A DNA stretch of 64,000 nucleotides. It comes from Acutalibacteraceae bacterium (GTDB lineage Bacteria; Actinomycetota; Coriobacteriia; Coriobacteriales; UMGS124). Below the pieces are notes generated by a model. The model was not told the DNA's origin. It ran no database searches and saw nothing but the letters and a program-made list of their open reading frames with translations. How positions within the stretch are numbered: the stretch's first letter is position 1; each line of letters opens with the position of its first letter. The position numbers and the translations under genes are program-made. Below are positions 20,024 through 29,809 of this stretch, piece after piece. The stretch spans positions 7,132-71,131 of the forward strand of contig CAVEWV010000001.1 of assembly GCA_963619535.1 (NCBI GenBank), in the 5' to 3' direction.

Positions 20024-21070
20024 TTAGAGGACCTCGACGACCCAGCCCTCGGGACCCTCGATGTCGCAGGCCTGGATGCCGGCGAGCGTGGCGCGCAGCT
20101 TCTTGAGCACGGGGCCGCAGCCGTCGGCCGAGGCCGGGAAGTCGATCTCGGCGCCGTTGCCCTCGATACGGGCCACGGGAGAGATGACGGCGGCGGTGCC
20201 GCACAGGCCGCACTCGACGAAGTCGCCCTCGACGAGCTCGGAGAACTTCACGGGGCGCTCGATGACGTTGAGGCCGAGGGTGTCGCGGCCCAGGGCGACA
20301 AGGGAGCGACGCGTGATGGAGGGCAGGATGGAGTCGGAGTGCGACTGGGGCACGACGAGGTTGCCCTCCTTGTCCACCAGGATGACGTTGGCGCCGCCGG
20401 TCTCCTCGATGTAGGTGCGGCTGGCCGCGTCGAGGTAGAGGTTCTCGGAGTAGCCCGCCTCGTGGGCCTTCTCATAGGGGTAGAGGCTCATGGCGTAGTT
20501 GAGGCCGGCCTTGATGTTGCCGGTGCCGTGGGGCGCGGCGCGGTCGTACTCGGAGACCGTGATGGTGATGGAGGAGTCGCCGCCCTTGAAGTAGGGACCC
20601 ACGGGGGTCACGAGGATGCGGAACTGGTACTCGTCGGCAGGCTTGACGCCGATGACCACGCCGGAGGCGATCATGAAGGGACGCACGTAGAGCGTGGCGC
20701 CGGAGCCGTAGGGCGGCACCCAGGCGGCGTTGGCGGCCACGACCTGCTTGACGGCCTCGACGAACTTGTCCTCGGGGAAGGAGGGCATGCACAGGCGGGC
20801 GGCGGAGTCGGCCATACGCTTGGCGTTCATGTCGGGACGGAAGCACACCACGTGGCCGTCCTTGGTGGTGTAGGCCTTGAGGCCCTCGAAGACCTCCTGG
20901 CAGTAGTGGAAGATGCCGGCGCACTCGCTCAGGGTGATGGAGTGGTCGGTGGTGAGGCCGCCCTCCTCCCACTTGCCGTCCTTGTAGTTGCAGACGTAGC
21001 TGTAGTCGGTGGGCATATAGGCGAAGGGCAGGTTGCCCCAGTCAAGATCCTTCTTCTCGATCTCGCTCAT
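20024..21070 (-). CDS. ilvE: branched-chain amino acid aminotransferase
   Basis: Start re-set to ATG 21070 (MSEIEKKDLDWGNLPF) with AGGAGG 7 nt upstream. It shows the class IV aminotransferase pattern (EGLKAY, YVRPF, GTGNIKAGLNY, EETGGANV, GTAAVISPV). Confidence 0.95.
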   Translation of the reverse strand: MSEIEKKDLDWGNLPFAYMPTDYSYVCNYKDGKWEEGGLTTDHSITLSECAGIFHYCQEVFEGLKAYTTKDGHVVCFRPDMNAKRMADSAARLCMPSFPEDKFVEAVKQVVAANAAWVPPYGSGATLYVRPFMIASGVVIGVKPADEYQFRILVTPVGPYFKGGDSSITITVSEYDRAAPHGTGNIKAGLNYAMSLYPYEKAHEAGYSENLYLDAASRTYIEETGGANVILVDKEGNLVVPQSHSDSILPSITRRSLVALGRDTLGLNVIERPVKFSELVEGDFVECGLCGTAAVISPVARIEGNGAEIDFPASADGCGPVLKKLRATLAGIQACDIEGPEGWVVEVL

Positions 21071-21156
21071 GACGTACTCCTCCTTGAAGATTCTTGCTCC
21101 GTGCGCAAATGCTCGCATGAACTGCTTGAGCGTGGCGCACATCTTAGACCTCTAGC

Positions 21157-21183
21157 AAAACGACGGCTTAAAAAAGCCGCCGT
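21157..21183 (-). terminator. rho-independent terminator about 145 nt downstream of pyrE
   Basis: On the minus strand, ACGGCGGCTT-TTTT-AAGCCGTCGT is followed by TTTTGC. Confidence 0.7.
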
Positions 21184-21326
21184 TCGCAGTGTCTTAACAA
21201 TAGGGATGCCGTTCACGGGCCGAACGGCGCCGATGGCCGCGGGCAAGCCGCGCCAGACACGTGCCCAGACACATGGGCATGCGGCCCGGCGAGGTGCAAA
21301 TAGCCCGTGAGAAGGCGGCGCTGTCG

Positions 21327-21962
21327 CTACGCCATCCAGCTCTCGTCGCTGGGGTTGGCGCGGAAGGCGAGCAGGCGCTGCTCGTCGGCGGCCTTGATGT
21401 AGCCCTCCTCCACGGCGACCTTCACCAGGGTGTCGAAGTCGCACAGGGAGACGTTCTTGACGTCGGCGGCGGCAAGGCGGTCGAGGCCCTTCTGCATGCC
21501 GTACGTGAAGATGGAGACGACGCCCAGCACCTCGGCGCCGGCGGCACGCAGGGGCTCGACGCAGTCGAGCACGGAGCCGGCCGTTGAGATGAGGTCCTCC
21601 ACCACGACGACCTTGGTGCCCGGCTCGCAGCGGCCCTCGATCTGGTTCTTGCGGCCGTGGTCCTTGGCCGAGCCGCGGACGTAGCCCATGGGAAGGCCCA
21701 GCTTGTAGGCGGCGATGGCGGCGTGCGCGATGCCGGCGGTGGAGGTGCCCATGACGCACTCGGCCTCGGGGTAGAACTCCTTGATGTTGCAGGCCAGGCC
21801 CTCCTCGATGGCCTCGCGGGCCTCGGGGAAGGAGAGCGTGAGGCGGTTGTCGCAATAGATGGGGCTCTTGATGCCGGAAGCCCAGGTGAAGGGCTCGTCA
21901 GGACGCAGGAAGACGGCCTTGATGCCCAGAAGGTGCTTTGCGATGGCTACCTTGTCGACCAT
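21327..21962 (-). CDS. pyrE: orotate phosphoribosyltransferase
   Basis: Start re-set to ATG 21962 (MVDKVAIAKHLL). It has the PRPP-binding motif KVVVVEDLISTAGS and the motif FTWASGIKSPIYCDNR. Confidence 0.95.
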   Translation of the reverse strand: MVDKVAIAKHLLGIKAVFLRPDEPFTWASGIKSPIYCDNRLTLSFPEAREAIEEGLACNIKEFYPEAECVMGTSTAGIAHAAIAAYKLGLPMGYVRGSAKDHGRKNQIEGRCEPGTKVVVVEDLISTAGSVLDCVEPLRAAGAEVLGVVSIFTYGMQKGLDRLAAADVKNVSLCDFDTLVKVAVEEGYIKAADEQRLLAFRANPSDESWMA

Positions 21963-22187
21963 GGCGGTACGCTCCAATCTCAAGTGCCCGAAGGCGTTGT
22001 AAGGTGGGTGCATTGTAGAGCGAAGACGCGCCCGGGGCCACCCGGGCCCCGCGGCCGTCCCGAATAAACACCGAGGCGCCGGCCGGCCTTGGCAAGGTAT
22101 GCGCACGACGCCGCGCGGGAGAATCCAGCGCGGGCGGCCCGGCGAGGGGCGGCGACTTGCAAGATTCCAAGCAGCTGACAGGCGATT

Positions 22188-22625
22188 CTAGCCCGCGAGT
22201 CTCTCCGCGAGGAGCTCAAGGGCGTGGCGGTACCCCTCGATGCCCTCCCCCGCGACCGTGGCGAAGCACGCCTGGCGCACGTAGGACACCTGACGGAAGT
22301 CCTCGCGGCTGGCCACGTCGGAGATGTGCACCTCAACGCAGGGCAGGCTCACGGACTTGAGGGCGTCGAGGATGGCGACGCTGGTGTGCGTGTAGGCGGC
22401 CGGGTTCATGACGATGCCGTCGTAGCGGCCATAGGCCTGCTGGATGGCGTCGACGATGGCGCCCTCGTGGTTGGACTGGAAATGGTCGCAGGCCTCATAG
22501 CCCAGCTCACGGCCGGCCCGCTCGATGAGGTCGCACAAGGCGGCGTAGTTCTGGCTCCCGTAGATGGCAGGCTCGCGGATGCCGAGCATGTTGATGTTGG
22601 GACCGTCTATGACCAGCGCCTTCAT
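22188..22625 (-). CDS. aroQ: type II 3-dehydroquinate dehydratase
   Basis: MKALVIDGPNINMLGIREPAIYG, FQSNHEG and NPAAYTHTSVA are classic AroQ motifs. The ATG at 22625 is preferred over 22637 because GGAGGG lies 6 nt upstream. Confidence 0.95.
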   Translation of the reverse strand: MKALVIDGPNINMLGIREPAIYGSQNYAALCDLIERAGRELGYEACDHFQSNHEGAIVDAIQQAYGRYDGIVMNPAAYTHTSVAILDALKSVSLPCVEVHISDVASREDFRQVSYVRQACFATVAGEGIEGYRHALELLAERLAG

Positions 22626-22704
22626 GGCGCCCTCCAATCATGCGACGCCGCCGAGGGCACCGGGCGATGCCCGCGGCGGCATGCGTTTCGATATGAATGT
22701 ATGC

Positions 22705-24075
22705 TTATATGCGTTTCACGAGACGATAGATCCTGCGCGCCGTGCTCAGGGGCGAGCCGTCGGAGGGGGCGACCTCGATGTCGGCCCAATCGTGGTAGAG
22801 CGGGGCGCGTTCGGCGCGCAGGCGCTCCACGCCCTTCGCCTGGCTGAGCGGGCGGCCGTCGCAGGCCAGCTCGTCGCCGGCGTCGGGCGTGAGGCCGCGG
22901 GTGAGCAGGACGCACTTGCCGTTCTGCTTGAGCCAGTAGCGGTTGCGCGGCTGGGTCACGACGCCCCCGCCCGTGGCCACAACGCGCCCGGGGTGCGAGG
23001 TGGCCTCGATGGTGCAGCGCGTCTCAAGCTCCCTGAAGCCCTCCTCGCCGCGCTCCTCGAAGATCTGGGGGATGGGCATGCCGGCCAGGCGCTCGACCAT
23101 CTCGTCGGTGTCGACGAACTCAAAGCCGAGCATCTCGGCCAGGAGCGTGCCCGTGCGGGTCTTGCCGCACCCCGGCATGCCGATGAGGCTCACCACGCCC
23201 AGGCCGTCGGCCATCTGGGCCAGCACCTCCCCGCACACGGAGTCGGGGCGCTCCACGCCCAGGAAGAGGTCGCTTGAGCGCTTCGCCTGGCCCACGAGCA
23301 TGCCCAGGCCGCCCGCACAGGCGATGCCGCGCTCGCGGGCGTCGTACATGAGGCGCGTGACGAGCGGGTTGTAGATGAGGTCGCACACGCAGCGCAGGCT
23401 GCCGAAGCGGTCGAGGTCCAGGAGCGCCTCGTCGTGGGCGTGGGGGTACATGCCCACGGGAGTCGCGTTGACGACGACCTCGACCTGGCCGCGCAGCTCG
23501 TCTGCCAGGGCGATCTGGGCGGCCGTGGCGGCCTCGGCGTCGCCTTTGAGCGCGGCGAACGTAAGGTCGCCTTTGCGCGAGGCCGTCACGACGCGGGCCG
23601 CGCCCCTGTCGGCCAGCACGGCGCGCACGGTGCTCGCGGCACCGCCGTCGCCCAAGACCAGGCAGGTCGCGCCCTTCACGGGCGCATGCACGGAGTCGAG
23701 CAGGCAGGAGAAGCCGTAGTAGTCGGTGTTGTCGGCGTAGAGGCTGCCGTCGGGGCGAACCACGAGCGTGTTGGCGTTTCCCAGGCGCGCCACCGCGTCG
23801 CTTCTCGCGTCGGCCACCTCGGCCGCGACGCGCTTGTAGGGAATGGTGACGTTGAGGCCACGGTAGCGCTTGGAGCGCAGGAAGGCCTCGACGTCGCAGG
23901 GCAGGACCTCCAGACGCTCGTAGGGGGTCGAGCCGAGCAGCTCGTGGATGCGCGGGGAATGGCTGTGCCCCAGGCGCTCCCCCACCAGGCCGAAGACAAG
24001 CTCGGCCCGGCCGTCCATCGCACGGCGATACAGCGGCTCGGCCGCGTCGGTCATGACGTCGCGCCCCATGATCAC
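22705..24075 (-). CDS. aroE/aroK: bifunctional shikimate dehydrogenase / shikimate kinase (AroE-AroK fusion)
   Basis: The N-terminal ~280 aa are AroE-like (GLVGERLGHSHSPRIH, NVTIPYK, VLGDGGAA). The C-terminal ~165 aa are shikimate kinase (Walker A GMPGCGKT, DTDEMVE). The start region overlaps the pheA stop (GTGTGATCATG). ATG 24069 is an alternative start. Confidence 0.92.
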   Translation of the reverse strand: MIMGRDVMTDAAEPLYRRAMDGRAELVFGLVGERLGHSHSPRIHELLGSTPYERLEVLPCDVEAFLRSKRYRGLNVTIPYKRVAAEVADARSDAVARLGNANTLVVRPDGSLYADNTDYYGFSCLLDSVHAPVKGATCLVLGDGGAASTVRAVLADRGAARVVTASRKGDLTFAALKGDAEAATAAQIALADELRGQVEVVVNATPVGMYPHAHDEALLDLDRFGSLRCVCDLIYNPLVTRLMYDARERGIACAGGLGMLVGQAKRSSDLFLGVERPDSVCGEVLAQMADGLGVVSLIGMPGCGKTRTGTLLAEMLGFEFVDTDEMVERLAGMPIPQIFEERGEEGFRELETRCTIEATSHPGRVVATGGGVVTQPRNRYWLKQNGKCVLLTRGLTPDAGDELACDGRPLSQAKGVERLRAERAPLYHDWADIEVAPSDGSPLSTARRIYRLVKRI

Positions 24076-25238
24076 ACCATCTCCGAATAGCTGCCCAGGT
24101 ACTTGAACTCGTCGCAGAAGTCCTCAAGCTCGCACACGAGGCTCGTGAACTCCGGGGAGTACACGGGCGCCTCGAGGTCGAAGTAGAACATGAACTCGAA
24201 GTCCTGGCCCAGGATGGGGCGGCTCTGCAGCTTGGTGAGGTTGATGTCGAGGGCGTAGAAGCGGGCGAGCACCTTGTAGAGCGCGCCGGGCTCGTGGGGG
24301 CACACCATCATGAGGGAGGTGCGGTCGGCGCCGGGGAACACCTGCAGGTCCTTGGTGATGCAGGCGAAGCGCGTGTAGTTGTTGTCCGAGTCGTTCACCT
24401 GGCGCGCGAGCACCTTCAGGCCGTACAGGGAGGCGCAGGCGCGGCTCGACAGCGCCGCCACGTCGGTGCGACCCGACTCGGCCACCATCCGCGCGGCGAC
24501 GGCCGTGTTCGTGACGGGCGTGACCTTGACGTTAGGCAGGCCCTCAAGGTAGCGGGCGCACTGGTTGATGGCCTGCTGGTGGCTGTAGATCTCCGTGATG
24601 CCCTCGAGCGTAGCACCCTCGTTGACGAGCACGTTGTGGTCCACCTTGAGGCGGTAGGTGCGCACGATGTGGAAGTCGTGCTCCATCATGAGGTCGTAGA
24701 CGGCGTTGACCGTGCCCGCCGAGGAGTTCTCGATGGGCAGCACGCCGTAGTCGCACTGGCCCGACTCCACGGCCTGGAAGACCCCCTCGAAGTTGCGGAA
24801 GAAGGTGATGTCGGGACGGCGGAAGAGCTTCTCGCAGGCAAGCTGGGAGTAGGCGCCGTCCGTGCCCTGGCAGGCCACGTTGGCGAACTGCGGGAAGAGC
24901 TTGGGCGTGTCGGCCAGGGCCGACTCGATGCGGTCGCGCAGCGGGCTCGTGGGGTGCATGCGGCGCTCCTGATAGGAGCTCGACACCTCCATGAGCAGGG
25001 AGAAGAGCACGGTGGCATAGCTTGAGAACTCAGGCGAGGCCTTGCGGGCCATGTCGGCGAGGATCTGGCGCTCGCGGCGCGGGTCGTTGACGCGCAGGCC
25101 GCAGGAGCGCTTGATGTCGCCGATGCGCGAGGCGATGCCCATGCGGCGCTCGAAGGCGGAGAGGATCTCCTGGTTGCAGGCGTCCATCTCGGCGCGCAGG
25201 GCGTTGATGTCGGGCTGGTCGATGGTGTTGGAAGACAA
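24072..25238 (-). CDS. pheA: bifunctional chorismate mutase / prephenate dehydratase (P-protein)
   Basis: It has an N-terminal AroQ-class chorismate mutase helix bundle (LRAEMDACNQEILSAFERR), a PDT domain (VACQGTDGAYS, TRF) and a C-terminal ACT domain (GALYKVL..F....INLTKLQSRP). The start codon at 25238 is TTG. Confidence 0.92.
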   Translation of the reverse strand: MSSNTIDQPDINALRAEMDACNQEILSAFERRMGIASRIGDIKRSCGLRVNDPRRERQILADMARKASPEFSSYATVLFSLLMEVSSSYQERRMHPTSPLRDRIESALADTPKLFPQFANVACQGTDGAYSQLACEKLFRRPDITFFRNFEGVFQAVESGQCDYGVLPIENSSAGTVNAVYDLMMEHDFHIVRTYRLKVDHNVLVNEGATLEGITEIYSHQQAINQCARYLEGLPNVKVTPVTNTAVAARMVAESGRTDVAALSSRACASLYGLKVLARQVNDSDNNYTRFACITKDLQVFPGADRTSLMMVCPHEPGALYKVLARFYALDINLTKLQSRPILGQDFEFMFYFDLEAPVYSPEFTSLVCELEDFCDEFKYLGSYSEMV

Positions 25239-25286
25239 GGCGCGTCCAATCGTGGTTTGGGGGATGGGCGGGAAGTGTCGCGGGGG

Positions 25287-26441
25287 CTAGCCGAACAGCC
25301 GGGCGCACGAGGCGAGGACGTCCGGGTCGAGCCCAGAGTCGCTCACGGGGCCGAGCCGGCCGTCGCTGACCAGGCAGTCGAGCACGCCGAGCGCGACGGC
25401 AGCCTCCACGACGGGCACGGCGCGCACCACGACGCACGGGTCGTGCCTGCCCGCGACCTGCAGGGTCGCCTGCGAGCACTGCGCGACGTCGATCGTGGCC
25501 TGCTCGCAGGCGATGGAGGGCGTCGGCTTGAAGGCGGCGCGCACGATGAGGGGCATCCCCGTCGAGATGCCGCCCAGGATGCCGCCGGCGTTGTTGGTGC
25601 GGCAGGTGGCCCGGCCGGAGTCGTCCAGGGCGATGGGGTCGTTGTTCTGGCTTCCGTACAGGCCCGCCGCCGCAAAGCCCGCGCCGAACTCGACGCCCTT
25701 CACCGCCGGGATGCCGAAGAGGATGCGGGCCAGGACGTTCTCCAGGCCGTCGAACATGGGGGCGCCCACCCCGGCGGGAAGGCCCGTGCAGGCGCACTCC
25801 ACCACGCCGCCCACCGAGTCGCCGCAGGCATGGGCCCCCGCGATGGCCGACTGCATGTCGAGACCGGCCTGGTCGTCGAGTACGGGGAACGCCTTACCCG
25901 CAAGGCCGTCGAACTGCCCGGCGCAGGCCACGGGGTCGAAGGGGGCGTCGTCGATGCCGGCGATGGCGCGGATGTGCGCCGCCACGCGGATGCCGCGGCG
26001 CTCCAAGACCTGCAGGGCCACGCCGCCCGCGGCGCACAGGCACGCCGTGAGCCTGCCGGAGAAGTGGCCGCCGCCCGCCACGTCCTGCTCGCCGTGCCAG
26101 CGCGCCTGGGCGGTGAGGTCGGCGTGGCCGGGGCGGGGGTTGCGCGCTATCTGGGAGTAGTCCGAGGAGCGCGTGTTCGTGTTCTCGATGAGGAAGGCCA
26201 GAGGCGCGCCGCAGGTGCGGCCCTGGGGGTTGAGGCCCGAGAGCACCCGGGGCGCGTCGGCCTCGCGGCGCGGGGTGGACCAGGCGTTCTTGCCGGGGGC
26301 CCGGCGGGCCATGAAGGCCGCGAGCGCCTCCAGGTCGACGCGCTCCCCTGCGGGGAGGCCGTCCACGACGACGCCGATGGCGGCCGAGTGGGACTGGCCG
26401 AAGATCTGGACCTTGACGCAAGAGCCAAACGAGGACGACAC
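25287..26441 (-). CDS. aroC: chorismate synthase
   Basis: FGQSHS, RPGHAD and GRHDPC motifs are present. The GTG at 26441 (VSSSFGS...) is preferred over the track start at 26471. It lies 1 nt after the upstream stop, with GGAGG 7-8 nt upstream. Confidence 0.93.
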   Translation of the reverse strand: MSSSFGSCVKVQIFGQSHSAAIGVVVDGLPAGERVDLEALAAFMARRAPGKNAWSTPRREADAPRVLSGLNPQGRTCGAPLAFLIENTNTRSSDYSQIARNPRPGHADLTAQARWHGEQDVAGGGHFSGRLTACLCAAGGVALQVLERRGIRVAAHIRAIAGIDDAPFDPVACAGQFDGLAGKAFPVLDDQAGLDMQSAIAGAHACGDSVGGVVECACTGLPAGVGAPMFDGLENVLARILFGIPAVKGVEFGAGFAAAGLYGSQNNDPIALDDSGRATCRTNNAGGILGGISTGMPLIVRAAFKPTPSIACEQATIDVAQCSQATLQVAGRHDPCVVVRAVPVVEAAVALGVLDCLVSDGRLGPVSDSGLDPDVLASCARLFG

Positions 26442-26442
26442 G

Positions 26443-28932
26443 CTAGGCCTCCATCTCGTCGACGTTGACACGGCCGCCCAGGCGCGCGAAGTCCTCGAAG
26501 AAGGCCGGGTAGGACTTGCTCACCGCCTGGCAGTCCTCGATGAGGACGGCCCCGCTGGACTGCCCGGCCGCCACGGCCGCCGACATCGCGAGGCGGTGGT
26601 CGTTGTGCGAGCGCACACGCGCGCCGTGGAACACGTTGCCCGGATGCGCCGCGCGACCGTGGATGGACAGGCCGTCGGGCAGCTCCTCAAGGTCGATGCC
26701 CAGGCGCTCGAGCATCTCGGAGGTCGTCTCAAGGCGGTCGGACTCCTTGATGCGCAGGCGCGCGGCGTTGTAGATGCGCGTGGTGCCCATCGCGCAGGCG
26801 GCCACGACCGACACCACGGGGACGAGGTCGGGCACGTCGCCGGCGTCGAGCTCGATGGCGCGCAGGCCCGCCGCAGCGGGGCGCACGCAGGCCTGCCCCG
26901 CGGCCTCGTCACGCTCCACCGTCGCCCCGAAGCGCTCGAGGATGTCCAGAATGGCCTTGTCGCCCTGGGCCGAGCCGAAGTCGAGCCCGCTGACGGTCAC
27001 GCCGCCCTCGCCCAAGGCGCCGGCGCACAGCCAAAAGGCCGCGTTCGACCAGTCACCCTCAACCACAAGTTCACCCTGAGGCTTGAACTCGACCCCACCC
27101 GCGACGCTGAAGTCAGTGGTGGCCTCAACATGTCCATTAACCTCAACTTGACCATGAGACTCAGTGACCTCGACGCCAAACTGGGAGAGAACGCGCAGCG
27201 TCATGTCGATATACGGCCTGGACTCCACCCTGCCGAGCAGGCGCACGCTGCCACCCTCCTCCAACAGCGGCAGGGCGAGCAAGAGGCCGGTGACGAACTG
27301 CGACGACACGTTGCCGGGGATGACGAAGGCGCCGCCCTCAAGCTTGCCTTGAGCTTGAACCGGCCACACACCTTGCGCCGAGAGCGTCATGCCGTGTGCC
27401 TCAAGCTCCTCGCGCAGGGGCGACAGGGGCCGCTCAGGCAAGCGCCCGCAGCCCCCGATGGTCGCCCGGGCACCCAGGGCGCACACCACGGGCAGCATGA
27501 AGCGCAAGGTGCTGCCGCTCTCGCAGCAGTCAAGCGAGACGGGCGCGCCCACCAGGGCCTCGCGCTCGACGGGCTCCACGTGGATGAGCGCGCCGCGCCG
27601 CGCGATGCGGGCGCCCAGCGCCTCGAGGCAGGATATGGTGGCCTCGATGTCCTTGCTCGAGGTGGTGCACCTGATGTCGCAGGGCGCCTGGGACAGGGCG
27701 GCGCAGATGAGCATGCGGTGGGCGGCGCTCTTCGAGGAGATGGCCGCGATGGTGCCCGACAGGGGCTGGGGGTCCACCGAGGCGATCTTCGCGCGCTTGC
27801 CGGCCGGGGCGGCGCCTGCGACCTCGACCTCCCCCTCGGCCAGGACGACGTCGCGCTTGGCGCACCCCAACTCCATCATCCGCTCGAAGCGGGCCATGTC
27901 CACGCGCTGCACCTCGCAGCGCCCGATGCCGCGCACGGCGACGACGTCGATCTGGTCGCCCACGCGCTTCTTGTCGTGCAGGGCCGCCTGGGCGATCTCG
28001 TGCGCCGAGCGCGACGTGCCGCAGGGAAGCCCGTGCACCATGAGCATGCGCTCGATGCGCTCGGCGTCCTCGGCGGCGCACTGGCCGCTCGCCGCGCAGG
28101 CGCGCGCCATGATGGCCGTGCCCGCGGCCACGGCATGGCCGTGCGTGACCCCATAGCCGCTCAGAAGCTCGATAGAGTGGCCGGCGGTGTGCCCGAGGTT
28201 GAGCAGCTTGCGCTGCCCCGCCTCGCGCTCGTCGGCCTGCACCACGTCGCGCTTGATGGAGATGCAGCGCTCCACCACGCGGCGCTCCTGGCCGGCGAGG
28301 GGCGACTCGAGCCAGGAGAAGAGCTCGGCGTCGCACATGACGCCGTACTTCACGACCTCGCCCATGCCGTCGCTCACGAACTCGGCGGGCAGGGTCTTGA
28401 GGCAGTCGAGGTCGCACACCACGAGCTTGGGCTGCCAGAACGCCCCCACGAGGTTCTTGCCCTCGGGAAGGTCGACCGCGGTCTTCCCGCCCACGCTGGA
28501 GTCCACCATGGCAAGCAGCGAGGTGGCCACCTGCACGAGGTTGCACCCGCGCATGTAGCTGGCGGCCGTGAAGCCCGCGAGGTCGCCGATGACGCCGCCG
28601 CCCAGGGCCACGACCGTGCTCTGGCGCGACATGCCGCACGCCGCGCAGCGACGCACGAGCCTGGCGAAGCTCTCGAGCGACTTGGTGGCCTCGCCGGCAG
28701 GCAGGACCTCCAGGCTCACCTCGAAGCCCGCCTCGCGCAGCGAGTCGCCCACGCATGCGGCGTACAGGGGGGCGACGTTGGAGTCGCTCACCAGAAGCAC
28801 CTGGTTGTCGGCCTTGGGCGCCGCCTCGCGCACGAGGCGCCCCACCTGGGGCAGCAGTCCCTCCCCCACCAGGACGTCATAGGAGCCCGAGGCGCTCACG
28901 TGCACGCGGTCTATCGTGGAAGCGTCATGCAT
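26443..28932 (-). CDS. aroB/aroA: bifunctional 3-dehydroquinate synthase / EPSP synthase (AroB-AroA fusion, 829 aa)
   Basis: aa 1-~360 are AroB-like (GGGVIGDLAGFTAASYMRG, DSSVGGKT, LNLGHTAGH). aa ~385-829 are AroA-like (SKSAAHRMLI, NSGTxxR-like CESGSTLRF, ESDRL, DHRLAM). One uninterrupted frame. Confidence 0.93.
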   Translation of the reverse strand: MHDASTIDRVHVSASGSYDVLVGEGLLPQVGRLVREAAPKADNQVLLVSDSNVAPLYAACVGDSLREAGFEVSLEVLPAGEATKSLESFARLVRRCAACGMSRQSTVVALGGGVIGDLAGFTAASYMRGCNLVQVATSLLAMVDSSVGGKTAVDLPEGKNLVGAFWQPKLVVCDLDCLKTLPAEFVSDGMGEVVKYGVMCDAELFSWLESPLAGQERRVVERCISIKRDVVQADEREAGQRKLLNLGHTAGHSIELLSGYGVTHGHAVAAGTAIMARACAASGQCAAEDAERIERMLMVHGLPCGTSRSAHEIAQAALHDKKRVGDQIDVVAVRGIGRCEVQRVDMARFERMMELGCAKRDVVLAEGEVEVAGAAPAGKRAKIASVDPQPLSGTIAAISSKSAAHRMLICAALSQAPCDIRCTTSSKDIEATISCLEALGARIARRGALIHVEPVEREALVGAPVSLDCCESGSTLRFMLPVVCALGARATIGGCGRLPERPLSPLREELEAHGMTLSAQGVWPVQAQGKLEGGAFVIPGNVSSQFVTGLLLALPLLEEGGSVRLLGRVESRPYIDMTLRVLSQFGVEVTESHGQVEVNGHVEATTDFSVAGGVEFKPQGELVVEGDWSNAAFWLCAGALGEGGVTVSGLDFGSAQGDKAILDILERFGATVERDEAAGQACVRPAAAGLRAIELDAGDVPDLVPVVSVVAACAMGTTRIYNAARLRIKESDRLETTSEMLERLGIDLEELPDGLSIHGRAAHPGNVFHGARVRSHNDHRLAMSAAVAAGQSSGAVLIEDCQAVSKSYPAFFEDFARLGGRVNVDEMEA

Positions 28933-29799
28933 CTAGGAGTTCCTTTCTGCTTGGCTGCGCCTCTCGGCGTCTTCCTTGGCCCGGCGGCCGTCCGCCAACA
29001 GGCGGCGCATCGTCTCGGCGTCGCGCGCGTCGAGCGCGTCGCGGTACTCCTGCAGGCTCGCGATGATGGTGTCGAGCTCGAAGAGCAGGTTGTCGGCGTC
29101 GTCGAAGAACAGCTCGGTCCACATGTTCTCGTTGAGCCGTGCCACGCGCGTGAGGTCCTTGTAGCTGCCGGCCGAGAAGCCCTTGTGGCCGCGGGCCGTG
29201 GGGCTCTTGATGTAGGCGTTGCTCACCACGTGGGCGAGCTGGGAGGTGAAGGCGATGCGCCGGTCGTGCTCCTCGGGCGTGCTCACCTGGATGGAGCCGA
29301 AGCCGGCGGGCGCGAGGAGGTCCTTGATGCGCTCGAAGAGCGCCATGTCGTCGACGCGCGGCGGGCAGATGACCATGGGCGCGTTGTGGTAGAGGTTCTC
29401 GCGGGCGTACTTGAAGCCCGAGAACTGCGTGCCGGCCATGGGGTGGCCGCCCACGAAGGTAAAGCCGTGCCGCTCGGCGATGGGCATGCAGGCGGCGCAG
29501 ACCTCGCGCTTGACGCCCGCCGCGTCGATGACCAGGCAGCTTTCGGGGATGAGGTGCGCGTGCGCCCGGAGCCAGTCGATGCAGCCGCCCGGGTAGAGCG
29601 CGAGCAGTATCAGGTCGCACTGGGCGATGGCGTCGTCGTCCAGGACGCCCTGCACCGTCTCGTCGATGGTGGCCACGGCCATGGTGTCGGTGTCTATGTC
29701 GAAGGCCAGCACGCGCCAGCCCGCGGCATGGTAGGCCTTCGCGAACGAGCCGCCGATGAGTCCCAGGCCGACGATGCCGATGGTCTTGGTGTCTTCCAT
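28933..29799 (-). CDS. tyrA: prephenate dehydrogenase
   Basis: Rossmann motif IGIVGLGLIGGSFA and the TyrA core (VGGHPMAG, HD...A..SHL). The stop abuts the aroB/aroA start. Confidence 0.9.
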   Translation of the reverse strand: MEDTKTIGIVGLGLIGGSFAKAYHAAGWRVLAFDIDTDTMAVATIDETVQGVLDDDAIAQCDLILLALYPGGCIDWLRAHAHLIPESCLVIDAAGVKREVCAACMPIAERHGFTFVGGHPMAGTQFSGFKYARENLYHNAPMVICPPRVDDMALFERIKDLLAPAGFGSIQVSTPEEHDRRIAFTSQLAHVVSNAYIKSPTARGHKGFSAGSYKDLTRVARLNENMWTELFFDDADNLLFELDTIIASLQEYRDALDARDAETMRRLLADGRRAKEDAERRSQAERNS

Positions 29800-29809
29800 G
29801 CCCCGCCCC

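Noticed and set aside
21184-21326. A ~145-nt stretch between the pyrE stop and its terminator. It has small hairpins and a GTGTCTGG direct repeat and could be a small RNA or 3'-UTR element.
   Set aside because: The structures are short and GC-driven, I recognised no known RNA family pattern, and no independent promoter is visible. It is most simply a 3' UTR.
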